Source: Bdellovibrionia bacterium
Lineage (GTDB): Bacteria; Bdellovibrionota; UBA1018
Direction: 5' to 3'
Assembly: GCA_045805065.1 (NCBI GenBank)
Contig: JBJMMA010000173.1
Span: 1-15,413 of the forward strand
Length of the DNA stretch: 15,413 bases
Notes under the pieces: generated by a model
Told to the model about the DNA's origin: nothing
What the model saw: only the letters and a program-made list of their open reading frames with translations
The model's database searches: none
Program-made: the position numbers and the translations under genes
Shown: piece by piece, positions 7,650 to 15,413 of the stretch
How positions within the stretch are numbered: position 1 is the stretch's first letter
How the letters are laid out: each line of letters starts with the position of its first letter

Positions 7650-8686
7650 GTCAGAAACAAATTGCATTAATCACTGGCGCCACAGGCTTTATCGGTAGCC
7701 ACCTGGCTCAAAGGCTTTTGAAAGAAGGCCATAGCGTCCGCGTTCTTTGCCGCCAGGAGAGCCAGGGAAAACTCCTTTCGGACATTGCGACAAAAGCGCA
7801 GATTGCTCTGGGAAACCTGAAAGACCAGAACTCCTTGGAGCAGGCCATGCAGGGGGTAACTCACGTGTACCACTGCGCAGGCCAGGTCCTGGATTGGGGC
7901 TCGGATCAGGAATTTAACGCAACCAATATCCAGGGCACCGCATGGCTCTTGGAGAGTGCTGCACGCGCTCAAGTGAAGCGCTTTGTCCATCTCAGCACAG
8001 TGGCAGTCTTTGGAGTTCCGTCTCCAGCGAAATTTGATGACGAGACCCCTTACGGGTCAAGCCAGGATCCTTATTCCCGCACCAAGATTGAAGGCGAGAA
8101 AGTCGCGCTCAAAGCCCATCGCGAAAAAGGCGTACCTGTGACCGTTTTACGCCCAACCGTGGTGTATGGCGCGCGCAGCACCTGGCTGGAAGAGCCCCTT
8201 CGCATGATCCAAAAAGGGAAAATGTTCCTCTTGGATCGCGGAAACGGCACTTGCCACCCCTGCTATATTGAGAATTTGATCGATGCGATGATCCTGGTTG
8301 CAGAGCATCCTGCCGCGGTCGGACAAGCTTATCTCATTGGAGATGATGACCCGATTCCGTTTTCCCGCTATTTTCAAGGCGTTGCATCGCTTGCCGGTCA
8401 AGGCCCGATTAAACGCTCCATTCCTCTGAGCGTTGCCCGGGCAATGGCAACCACTTTTGAGGCTGCGGCGCGTTTAACTCGCTCTGCTTCACGTCCTTTG
8501 TTGACTCATACGGCGATCGACATGGTATGTACGCGAAGTCAAATGTCGATGGATAAAATCCGCCGTGAACTTGGCTACCGTCCGCGTTACCGCTTTGACC
8601 AGGCCATTCAAGAACTTCGCAGCGTTTACAGAACTTCGGATTTGAACCTAAACCGGGACCAGGTTCCCAACGCAAATTTAATTTGA
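7646..8686 (+). CDS. Extended SDR, NAD-dependent epimerase/dehydratase or 3-beta-hydroxysteroid-dehydrogenase-like (346 aa)
   Basis: TGATGFIG, HCAG, HLST, YSRTK, LRPTVVYG motifs; ATGA overlap with the hpnA-like gene. Confidence 0.88.
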   Translation: MSQKQIALITGATGFIGSHLAQRLLKEGHSVRVLCRQESQGKLLSDIATKAQIALGNLKDQNSLEQAMQGVTHVYHCAGQVLDWGSDQEFNATNIQGTAWLLESAARAQVKRFVHLSTVAVFGVPSPAKFDDETPYGSSQDPYSRTKIEGEKVALKAHREKGVPVTVLRPTVVYGARSTWLEEPLRMIQKGKMFLLDRGNGTCHPCYIENLIDAMILVAEHPAAVGQAYLIGDDDPIPFSRYFQGVASLAGQGPIKRSIPLSVARAMATTFEAAARLTRSASRPLLTHTAIDMVCTRSQMSMDKIRRELGYRPRYRFDQAIQELRSVYRTSDLNLNRDQVPNANLI

Positions 8687-8713
8687 ACTTTATTTACTCA
8701 ATAGGAGATCACG

Positions 8714-9763
8714 ATGGGAATTCCAGTTAAACAAGCCATGTCTGTCGGCAGCTACGTGATGAAGCAGAAGCTCATGAGGAACAAACGTTACCCTCTCGTC
8801 ATGATGCTCGAGCCACTCTTCAAGTGTAACCTCGCATGCGGCGGCTGCGGCAAGATCCAGTACCCAGACGAAATTCTGAAGAAGATGCTCACGCCTGAGC
8901 AATGCTTTGCTGCGGCTGAAGAGTGCGGCGCTCCAGTGATCTCCATCGCCGGCGGCGAACCTCTCATCCACCCACAGATGAAGGAAATCGTTGAAGGTCT
9001 GATCGCTCGCAAGAAGTTCATCTACCTCTGCACGAACGCCCTCTTGCTCAAGCGCAAGATGGACATGTTCACGCCAAGTGATTACCTCACCTTCAGCATC
9101 CATCTCGACGGCATCAAGGAACACCATGACAAGTGCGTGGACCGTGAAGGCGTTTATGAGACCGCGATCGAAGCGATCAAGGAAGCCAAAAAGCGCGGCT
9201 TCCGCATCACAACCAACACCACGGTTTTCCAGGGCCACCCACCTGAGCATCTCCATCAGTTCTTTGACAAGATGATGGAGCTTGGCGTGGACGGCATGAT
9301 GATGTCTCCAGGCTACAGCTACGAAAAAGCGCCAGACCAGGACAAGTTCCTCAAGCGCGAAAAGACAAAGCAGCTTTTCCGCGAGATCCTGGCGCCGATG
9401 CATTCCGGAAAGAAGAACTGGGTGTTCAATCACTCCCCATTCTTTCTCGACTTCCTCGAAGGAAAGCGTGACTACGAGTGCACCCCTTGGGGCAATCCGA
9501 ACTACAACGTGTTCGGCTGGCAACGCCCTTGCTACCTCTTCAGTGAGCAAGGCTACGCCAAGACCTTCAAGGAGCTCATGGAAACCACTGAGTGGGAGAA
9601 GTACGGAACCGGTCGCCATCCAAAATGCGCGGACTGCATGGTTCACTGTGGATACGAGCCAACGGCTGTCAACGACAGCATGGCCTCTCCAAAGAACATG
9701 CTGGCCTCGATGAAGTCGGCTTTCAAAAAAGCCCCTTCTCGCTCACCTGAGATGAACGCGTAA
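8714..9763 (+). CDS. hpnH: Adenosylhopane-forming radical SAM enzyme HpnH (349 aa)
   Basis: [26 protein letters not shown] (CxxxCxxC), [31 protein letters not shown]...GWQRPCYL and [15 protein letters not shown], all characteristic of HpnH; strong RBS TAGGAG. Confidence 0.95.
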   Translation: MGIPVKQAMSVGSYVMKQKLMRNKRYPLVMMLEPLFKCNLACGGCGKIQYPDEILKKMLTPEQCFAAAEECGAPVISIAGGEPLIHPQMKEIVEGLIARKKFIYLCTNALLLKRKMDMFTPSDYLTFSIHLDGIKEHHDKCVDREGVYETAIEAIKEAKKRGFRITTNTTVFQGHPPEHLHQFFDKMMELGVDGMMMSPGYSYEKAPDQDKFLKREKTKQLFREILAPMHSGKKNWVFNHSPFFLDFLEGKRDYECTPWGNPNYNVFGWQRPCYLFSEQGYAKTFKELMETTEWEKYGTGRHPKCADCMVHCGYEPTAVNDSMASPKNMLASMKSAFKKAPSRSPEMNA

Positions 9764-9772
9764 TCGAGAACC

Positions 9773-10822
9773 ATGGATCGTAAAGACAGTCACATATCGA
9801 TCTGTCTGGAAAAGGATATCGAACTCTACACGGAGAATTCGAACGGATTCTCCGCGTGGAGTTTCGAGCATGACGCCCTTCCAGAGATCGATTTTTCAGC
9901 CATCAGCCTGGAGACCACGGTCTTAGGTAAAAAACTTCGGGCTCCACTGATCATCGGTGCGATGACCGGGGGGACGGTGCGCGCCGGCGAGATCAATCGC
10001 AGGCTCGCGCTTGCGGCTGAAAAGTGCCAGGTCGGCATCGCGTTGGGCTCGCAGCGCAAGATGATCGGCGAGAGCCGCGACTCGGCTGTGACGAAAAGCT
10101 ATGCGGTCCGTGAGCATGCTCCTGCCGTTCCCCTGCTTTTAGGAAACATCGGCGCCGTTCAGCTCAACTATGGCGTAACTGCCGCCCAGATCCGTGCCCT
10201 GATCGAGAACTCAGGATGCGACGCCTTCAATTTCCATCTCAATCCTCTTCAGGAAGCGGTTCAGCCTGAAGGTGATCGGGATTTCTCAAGCCTTCTTCCC
10301 AAGATGCGGGACGTGATCCCGTCCTTGGGTGTTCCGGTTTTAATCAAGGAAGTCGGCTCTGGAATCTCGGCGCGCACCGCCCGGAAGCTCAAAACTCTTC
10401 CGATCGCGGGCGTGGAAACCGCAGGTGCCGGTGGCACGTCCTGGTCGAAAATTGAAGCCTATCGCAGCTCTACGGCAGATCGTCAGCACTTGGGTCAGCT
10501 CTTTGCCCGCTGGGGAGTTCCCACTGCCGACAGCGTTATCGCCTGCCGTCAAGAGCTCCCGGATACCACGCTGATCGCCTCTGGCGGGATCCGGAACGGA
10601 ATTGAGATTGCAAAGGCCATCGCACTGGGGGCAGACGCTGCAGCCACTGCGTTACCGATTCTGAAAGCAGCAGAACGCTCGACAGAAGACGCGATCGCCG
10701 CGATCGAGCAGATTATTCTGGAGCTGAGAACCGCACTTTTTGTCACTGGAATATCTTCGATTGAAGAGCTCAAGCGCGAAGGCCGCTCTGTGCTCAAGCA
10801 AAGGCTCATCCATGTCAGCTAA
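9773..10822 (+). CDS. fni: Type 2 (FMN-dependent) isopentenyl-diphosphate isomerase
   Basis: RKDSHI, HDALPE, AMTGG, GSQR, NIGAVQL, HLNPLQEAVQPEGDRDF, KEVGSG, GGTSW, SGGIRNG motifs. Confidence 0.96.
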   Translation: MDRKDSHISICLEKDIELYTENSNGFSAWSFEHDALPEIDFSAISLETTVLGKKLRAPLIIGAMTGGTVRAGEINRRLALAAEKCQVGIALGSQRKMIGESRDSAVTKSYAVREHAPAVPLLLGNIGAVQLNYGVTAAQIRALIENSGCDAFNFHLNPLQEAVQPEGDRDFSSLLPKMRDVIPSLGVPVLIKEVGSGISARTARKLKTLPIAGVETAGAGGTSWSKIEAYRSSTADRQHLGQLFARWGVPTADSVIACRQELPDTTLIASGGIRNGIEIAKAIALGADAAATALPILKAAERSTEDAIAAIEQIILELRTALFVTGISSIEELKREGRSVLKQRLIHVS

Positions 10823-11867
10823 GATCAACATCCACGCTACTGCAGAACATTGTCTGCCTCGGATTGAGTCAGCGATGGAGGATTTCCTCAAGCGCTCCGA
10901 GCAAGAGGGAATCCGCTTCAACGCTGAGATGACCCGTTATCATCTCGCAAGTGGCGGAAAGCGCCTGCGAGCCCTGATGCCTTGCTGGGTTTTTGAGGCG
11001 TGCGGAAAAGACCCCATGGCAGCCATCTCATTGGGCTGCGCTCTTGAAATGGTCCATAACGCGACTCTCGTTCACGACGACCTTCAAGATGGTGATGTGA
11101 TGCGCCGTGGTTTTCCCACGGTCTGGAAAAAGTGGTCTCCGGCACAAGCCATCAATTGTGGTGACGTCATGTTCCAATTCGCGTTGGAACTTCTGCTTGA
11201 GCAACCGATGGAAGCATCCACTGCTCGCAGTATCACCCGCCGATTCCTCACCGGCATCTCGCAAGTCATCGAGGGTCAGGCGCAGGAGTTTCTCCTGAAG
11301 GATGAAGAGCTTCCGACCCTTGCTCGTTATATTCAGGTGGTCGAAGGAAAAACCGCAGCTCTTGTTGCGACCGCTCTGAGCATTGCCGTTCAAGCCCTGG
11401 GCAAAGATAAACGCGTCATCGCTGATGTCGAGCAGGCCGGAATGGATCTCGGCGTTCTCTTTCAGATGCAAGACGACGTTCTCGATGTTTACGGTGACAA
11501 GGGTCGGGACCAGAAAGCAACAGACATCGCGGAAGGCAAGATCAGTATCCTTGTCGCTCAATGCTTGGAGAGCGCAAACAGCTCGGATCAAATGCGGATT
11601 CTTGAAGTACTTCGCAAGCCACGCGAGCAAACGAGCGCTCAGGAGATTTCTGAAGTCGTCGCGCTCTTTGATCGCTATGAAACGCTTTCCAAGGTTTTGA
11701 GCAAAATCGCTGAGCTCCGCTCGCGAATCGCCAATCTTGAACTCAAAACGACCGAACCCAAGCTGCACGCTCTCCTGGTGGATCTTGGGGAGCTCTTTTT
11801 GAAACCGATCGCTCATCTAGTCGAGGCGGCCCCGCCGCTACGCTCTTCCAAGGAGATACGCTCATGA
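10812..11867 (+). CDS. trans-Polyprenyl diphosphate synthase (chain length uncertain)
   Basis: GGKRLR, FARM HNATLVHDDLQDGD-x2-RRG, GQ, KT, SARM FQMQDDVLD, DIAEGK. ATG 10812 overlaps the 3' end of fni. Confidence 0.93.
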   Translation: MSAKINIHATAEHCLPRIESAMEDFLKRSEQEGIRFNAEMTRYHLASGGKRLRALMPCWVFEACGKDPMAAISLGCALEMVHNATLVHDDLQDGDVMRRGFPTVWKKWSPAQAINCGDVMFQFALELLLEQPMEASTARSITRRFLTGISQVIEGQAQEFLLKDEELPTLARYIQVVEGKTAALVATALSIAVQALGKDKRVIADVEQAGMDLGVLFQMQDDVLDVYGDKGRDQKATDIAEGKISILVAQCLESANSSDQMRILEVLRKPREQTSAQEISEVVALFDRYETLSKVLSKIAELRSRIANLELKTTEPKLHALLVDLGELFLKPIAHLVEAAPPLRSSKEIRS

Positions 11868-13171
11868 CGGTGAGTTTTCGGCATCTGACCCAAGACGAGC
11901 GCCACGAGTATCTGAAAGCTCATTGTGCTTTGACAGACGAGGAAGTCGCGCTTCTCAAGGGCGCCCCTCTTCCTGCAACCATCGCAGATCATCTCATTGA
12001 GAATTCAGTCGGCTATTTTCAACTGCCCATGGGTATTGCGACCCATTTCAAGATTGATGGCAAAGAACGTCTGATTCCGATGGTCGTTGAAGAGACTTCC
12101 ATTATCGCCGCGGCAAGCGCCATGGCAAAATGGGTCCGAAGCACCGGCGAGCTCACCACCCGGATGCAGGGAAAGCTCATCATTGGCCAGATCCAGCTTC
12201 CACGCGTTTTAAAGCCAGAACAGGCCAGGGCGCTACTCGAAGCTGAGATCCCTTTGCTCATTGTCATGGCCAATCGCATGCTTCCAGGACTTGTGAACCG
12301 CGGCGGCGGCGTTCGCGAGATCAAGATCCGCGAGCTGAAACGCCCCGACGATGGGCAGGCGATGATGGTCATCCACATCCTTTGCGATCCCTGTGATGCC
12401 ATGGGAGCAAACCTCATCAACCAGGTTTGCGAAGCGCTCAAGCCTGAAATCGCGCGCATCACGGGCGAAACGGTTGGCCTCTGCATTCTGTCCAACCTCG
12501 TGGACGATAAGCTTGCGATTGCCGATGTCGTGATCCGGAACATCGACCCACAGATTGCTGAAGGAATCGTTGAGGCTGCACTTTTTGCGCACGCCGACCC
12601 TTATCGCGCGGCAACGCATAATAAAGGCATCTTGAACGGAATTGATCCGATTCTGATTGCCACAGGAAATGACTGGCGCGCTGTGGAGGCTGGCGCTCAT
12701 GCCTATGCAGCACGCTCGGGCTCGTATCAGCCAATGACGCGCTGGTGGCGCGAAGGCTCAGATCTTCGTGGCCAGATTGAGCTTCCCATGGCAGTTGGCA
12801 CCGCCGGTGGCGTCACCCGGATCCATCCGATGGCAAAGCTTGCGCTTAAAATTCTCGGCGTTGAGAAGGCTGAAGACCTGGCGCGAATCTGTGCGGCAGT
12901 TGGCCTGATTCAAAACCTCGGAGCATTGAAAGCGTTGTCCACGGTCGGTATTGTTCGTGGCCATATGGAGCTTCATGCGTCCAATCTTGCCCTTGCTGCA
13001 GGCTCGACCGAAGAAGAAGTCGTTGAAGTGAAAAGCAGACTCACTGAGATGCTGAAAAATCGTCAGGGTATTGGCATCAGCGCGGCTCAGGAAGTTTTGC
13101 GAGAAATTCGCTCTCGCGCCCGCCCGGGCGCTGGAGCCACTGGAGCAGTTCTTAAAACGGAGGTCCGTTAA
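11864..13171 (+). CDS. mvaA: Class II HMG-CoA reductase
   Basis: ENSVG, PMVVEETSIIAAAS, DAMGAN, ILSN, THNKGILNG, GNDWRAVEAGAHAYA, QNLGAL and C-terminal GHMELH motifs; ATGA overlap. Confidence 0.96.
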   Translation: MTVSFRHLTQDERHEYLKAHCALTDEEVALLKGAPLPATIADHLIENSVGYFQLPMGIATHFKIDGKERLIPMVVEETSIIAAASAMAKWVRSTGELTTRMQGKLIIGQIQLPRVLKPEQARALLEAEIPLLIVMANRMLPGLVNRGGGVREIKIRELKRPDDGQAMMVIHILCDPCDAMGANLINQVCEALKPEIARITGETVGLCILSNLVDDKLAIADVVIRNIDPQIAEGIVEAALFAHADPYRAATHNKGILNGIDPILIATGNDWRAVEAGAHAYAARSGSYQPMTRWWREGSDLRGQIELPMAVGTAGGVTRIHPMAKLALKILGVEKAEDLARICAAVGLIQNLGALKALSTVGIVRGHMELHASNLALAAGSTEEEVVEVKSRLTEMLKNRQGIGISAAQEVLREIRSRARPGAGATGAVLKTEVR

Positions 13172-13174
13172 GAG

Positions 13175-14206
13175 ATGCGTGAGATCGAGTTCTATCAAAG
13201 TCATCTGGATGGCGTGAGCCGAAGCTTTGCTTTTTGTATCCAGAAGCTCGACTCCCCTTACCGCCAATGGATTTCTCTCTCTTACCTTCTTTGCCGAGTG
13301 CTCGACACCGTTGAGGACTCTCCTTGGAGCGATGTAACGAAAGGCGTCACCCTTCAGAACGCCCAGTACGCTGAGTTCAATCAGTTCATGGACAAGCTCC
13401 CAACGCGTGAGGCAACCGTTGCCTGGGCCAAGCGTTTTCCAGAAAGCATTCCAGAAGCTGAAAAGAAGGTGCTTCTGGATTCGTACGATCTTTTCAATGA
13501 TCTGCATGGTCTGCCAGAAAACGCTCGCGTGATCATTCAGAACACCGTTGGAAAGATGTTCCGCGGGATGCGCTATTACTCGAATCGTTCTGCCAGCGGC
13601 TCACTGAGACTGGCTGATCTCGCTGATGCGAACCGTTACTGCTACTTTGTCGCAGGCGTTGTCGGCGAGCTTCTTTCGCAGCTTTATGTGGTCTATCGCC
13701 CGGATTTCAAGCCAGGCCAGAAGTTCCACACGGACGCGCTTCACTTTGGCTTATTCCTGCAAAAAGTGAATCTCTTGAAAGATCAGCGCTCCGATGAGCG
13801 CGAAGGTCGTTATCTGGTTCCCGATCGCCAGGTCCTTCTCTCCAGCCTCAGAAAGAACGCTCGAGGCGCGATGGATTATCTCCTAGCCCTTCCTCAGGAC
13901 GAGCATGGCTATCGCACGTTTTGCGCGTGGTCTTTGTTCCTGGGTGCTGCATCGCTGCCTTATATGGAAAAGGCCTACGAGGCGGATGATGGTTCAAAGA
14001 TTCCACGCACCGTCACGCAGGATCTTTTGACGGCGATCGAAGACGTTGTCCAAGACAATGTGACTCTTGAGAATGCTTTCCAGGAGTACCTGCCTTTCAT
14101 TCCTGAGATGGCGCTTCCAAAGCCAACGGACTCGGGCGATTGGTTCCGGGATCTCACTGCGGGATCTTTGGGCCATACCGAGATGGCCGAGCTTGGGATG
14201 CTCTGA
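13175..14206 (+). CDS. Squalene synthase-like head-to-head synthase (farnesyl-diphosphate farnesyltransferase type)
   Basis: VSRSFA flap, YLLCRVLDTVED, YCYFVAGVVG, FGLFLQKVNLLKD...EGRYLVP and FCA motifs match single-enzyme squalene synthases better than CrtB, HpnC or HpnD. Confidence 0.85.
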   Translation: MREIEFYQSHLDGVSRSFAFCIQKLDSPYRQWISLSYLLCRVLDTVEDSPWSDVTKGVTLQNAQYAEFNQFMDKLPTREATVAWAKRFPESIPEAEKKVLLDSYDLFNDLHGLPENARVIIQNTVGKMFRGMRYYSNRSASGSLRLADLADANRYCYFVAGVVGELLSQLYVVYRPDFKPGQKFHTDALHFGLFLQKVNLLKDQRSDEREGRYLVPDRQVLLSSLRKNARGAMDYLLALPQDEHGYRTFCAWSLFLGAASLPYMEKAYEADDGSKIPRTVTQDLLTAIEDVVQDNVTLENAFQEYLPFIPEMALPKPTDSGDWFRDLTAGSLGHTEMAELGML

Positions 14207-14216
14207 AAAGGACTCG

Positions 14217-14255
14217 ATGACCAGGGCGGGCGAAGCCGGCCCGAGATTATTATGA
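14217..14255 (+). other. 12-codon mini-ORF (MTRAGEAGPRLL) containing a GC hairpin and coupled to the next gene
   Basis: AAAAGGA (14206-14212) precedes ATG 14217; its TGA overlaps ATG 14252; hairpin GGGCGGGC-GAA-GCCGGCCC at 14224-14242. Confidence 0.35.
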
Positions 14256-15413
14256 AAGACAAACGCTTTACCCCGCTCTTTCTTGCTTTTCTTGCCTGCT
14301 CGGCTTTGCGCTTTCTGGCGGTCATCCCGTTTGTCATTGATGACGATGAGGCCTGGTGGGCAGTGAGCGCCCGCTGGCTCAAGGCTCCGTGGGATTTCTA
14401 TCGTTCCGTTCCTGATGACAAGACTCCTGGCTCTGTTTGGTTTGGCTGGGCGGTTCGACACTTGTTTGGTCCATTCGGAGAGCTGGGTGCCGATCCACGC
14501 GTGATCCGGGCTGTGTTCATTGCGCTGACGATCGGCTGCGCTCTGCTTTTGGGCAAGATCGCAGTTTATATTCGCCAGTCAGAAGCCAAGACTAAATCTC
14601 AAAACCTATTTTGGTTTTCGGCTCTTTTGTTTTTGATCGCATCGACTTTACCTAGCCCAAAGCTTTTGGCGTTTACAGGCGATGGGCTCATGGCGCTGCT
14701 TGCGATCAGCGGTTATGCGCTCGCACTCTTGGGTGGCAGCATCCCTGTTTATCTTCTCTCCGGCGTCTGCCTAGGCAGTGGCCTTTTGGTAAAACAGACA
14801 GCTGTGTTTACGGCGCTCCCGATTTTATTTTCGCGCACGCCTAAGAAATGGAGCGCTTCTGAGATCAGCTGGATTTTCCTCGGCTCACTCTGCGTTTTAA
14901 TTCCATCCATTTGGGCACTGGGTCCTGAGGAAATGGTTTACTGGGTCTGGACTTATCCTAAAGAAGTTCTGACCGTGGTTCGAGGCGAAGCCTTTTCCTG
15001 GCAATCAGAGCTCAGGTCCAATGCCCTGGTCTTTCTCCTCGCGCTTTTACCTCTCAGCCTTGCGGCATTTCGCTTCCGGACCAAAGAATCAGCACTTTTC
15101 GATTTCCGCGTCCAATGGCTGATCTCCGGTTTGCTTGTGATCCTGGCCGGCAAAGGTCTTTTCCTTCATTACTTTTTGATGATCGCACCTCCTTTGGCGC
15201 TTATTGTTGCCGATGTTTATTCCAGAAAGGCCTTCCGGGCCTGGGAGAGTATCTGGGTGAGCGTCGGTTATGCTGCTTGCTGTATCTTAGTCACCATCCC
15301 TGCGCTTCAGGTGAGTTGGGGGACAGATCTTCCCTATTTCTCGCGCCTGCAAGACGCAATTGACCCAGCTCTCTCGCCCAATACATCCGTTCTGGTTTGG
15401 GGTGGCTCCCCCC
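14252..15413 (+). CDS. GT-C fold (ArnT/PMT-like) polytopic membrane glycosyltransferase, truncated at the window edge
   Basis: Manual translation is open for 387 codons to the edge: MKDKRFTPLFLAFL...IDDDEAWWAVSAR...DDKTPG...GLLVKQ...HYFLMIAPPLAL...VLVWG. Acidic DE motif after TM1, DKxP loop, KQ and HY-x4-PP motifs, many hydrophobic segments. Absent from the ORF track because it has no stop. Confidence 0.8.
   Translation, partial: MKDKRFTPLFLAFLACSALRFLAVIPFVIDDDEAWWAVSARWLKAPWDFYRSVPDDKTPGSVWFGWAVRHLFGPFGELGADPRVIRAVFIALTIGCALLLGKIAVYIRQSEAKTKSQNLFWFSALLFLIASTLPSPKLLAFTGDGLMALLAISGYALALLGGSIPVYLLSGVCLGSGLLVKQTAVFTALPILFSRTPKKWSASEISWIFLGSLCVLIPSIWALGPEEMVYWVWTYPKEVLTVVRGEAFSWQSELRSNALVFLLALLPLSLAAFRFRTKESALFDFRVQWLISGLLVILAGKGLFLHYFLMIAPPLALIVADVYSRKAFRAWESIWVSVGYAACCILVTIPALQVSWGTDLPYFSRLQDAIDPALSPNTSVLVWGGSP

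Noticed and set aside
8690..9646. 318-aa antisense ORF opposite hpnH
   Set aside because: Shadow frame explained by hpnH codon bias; no recognisable motifs.
6570..10811. Track starts at 6570 (hpnA-like) and 10740 (prenyl synthase)
   Set aside because: Non-ATG extensions without domain content; ATG 6606 and ATG 10812 match the expected domain starts.
11028..13507. Long minus-strand ORFs (262, 174, 155 and 249 aa)
   Set aside because: Antisense to well-supported enzymes, with no motifs of their own.
9773..14206. Carotenoid cluster interpretation (idi-crtE-hmgR-crtB)
   Set aside because: No CrtI/CrtN desaturase or cyclase in the window; the synthase motifs are SQS-like and hpnA/hpnH lead the operon. 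Not fully excluded given the prenyl synthase motif.
1..15413. CRISPR arrays, tRNA/rRNA genes, IS elements or integrases; taxonomic assignment
   Set aside because: None seen, as the window is almost fully coding. The gene style suggests a Bdellovibrionota-like organism, but there is no marker gene to support this.

Overview
Bacterial window with three modules. (1) 215-5066 (+): an envelope operon behind a palindromic operator: TolC-family protein, a MarR regulator running in frame with no stop into a complete lipoprotein (own RBS, start codon and lipobox), a beta-barrel OMP and a second, atypical TolC-family protein. No inner-membrane pump or adaptor is in the operon. (2) 5130-6454 (-): two tandem paralogous small secreted two-Cys proteins and a GNAT acetyltransferase, separated from module 1 by a long hairpin. 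(3) 6606->15413 (+): a tightly coupled triterpenoid/hopanoid-type operon: HpnA-like SDR, second extended SDR, HpnH radical SAM, type 2 IPP isomerase, non-IspA polyprenyl synthase, class II HMG-CoA reductase, eukaryote-type single-enzyme squalene synthase, and a truncated GT-C glycosyltransferase missing from the ORF track. No squalene-hopene cyclase, HpnG or HpnCDE is visible in the window. Best candidates for new biology are the mevalonate-fed hpnH/squalene synthase/GT-C lipid pathway and the MarR-lipoprotein fusion with dual TolC. All calls come from motif recognition by eye; no searches were run.
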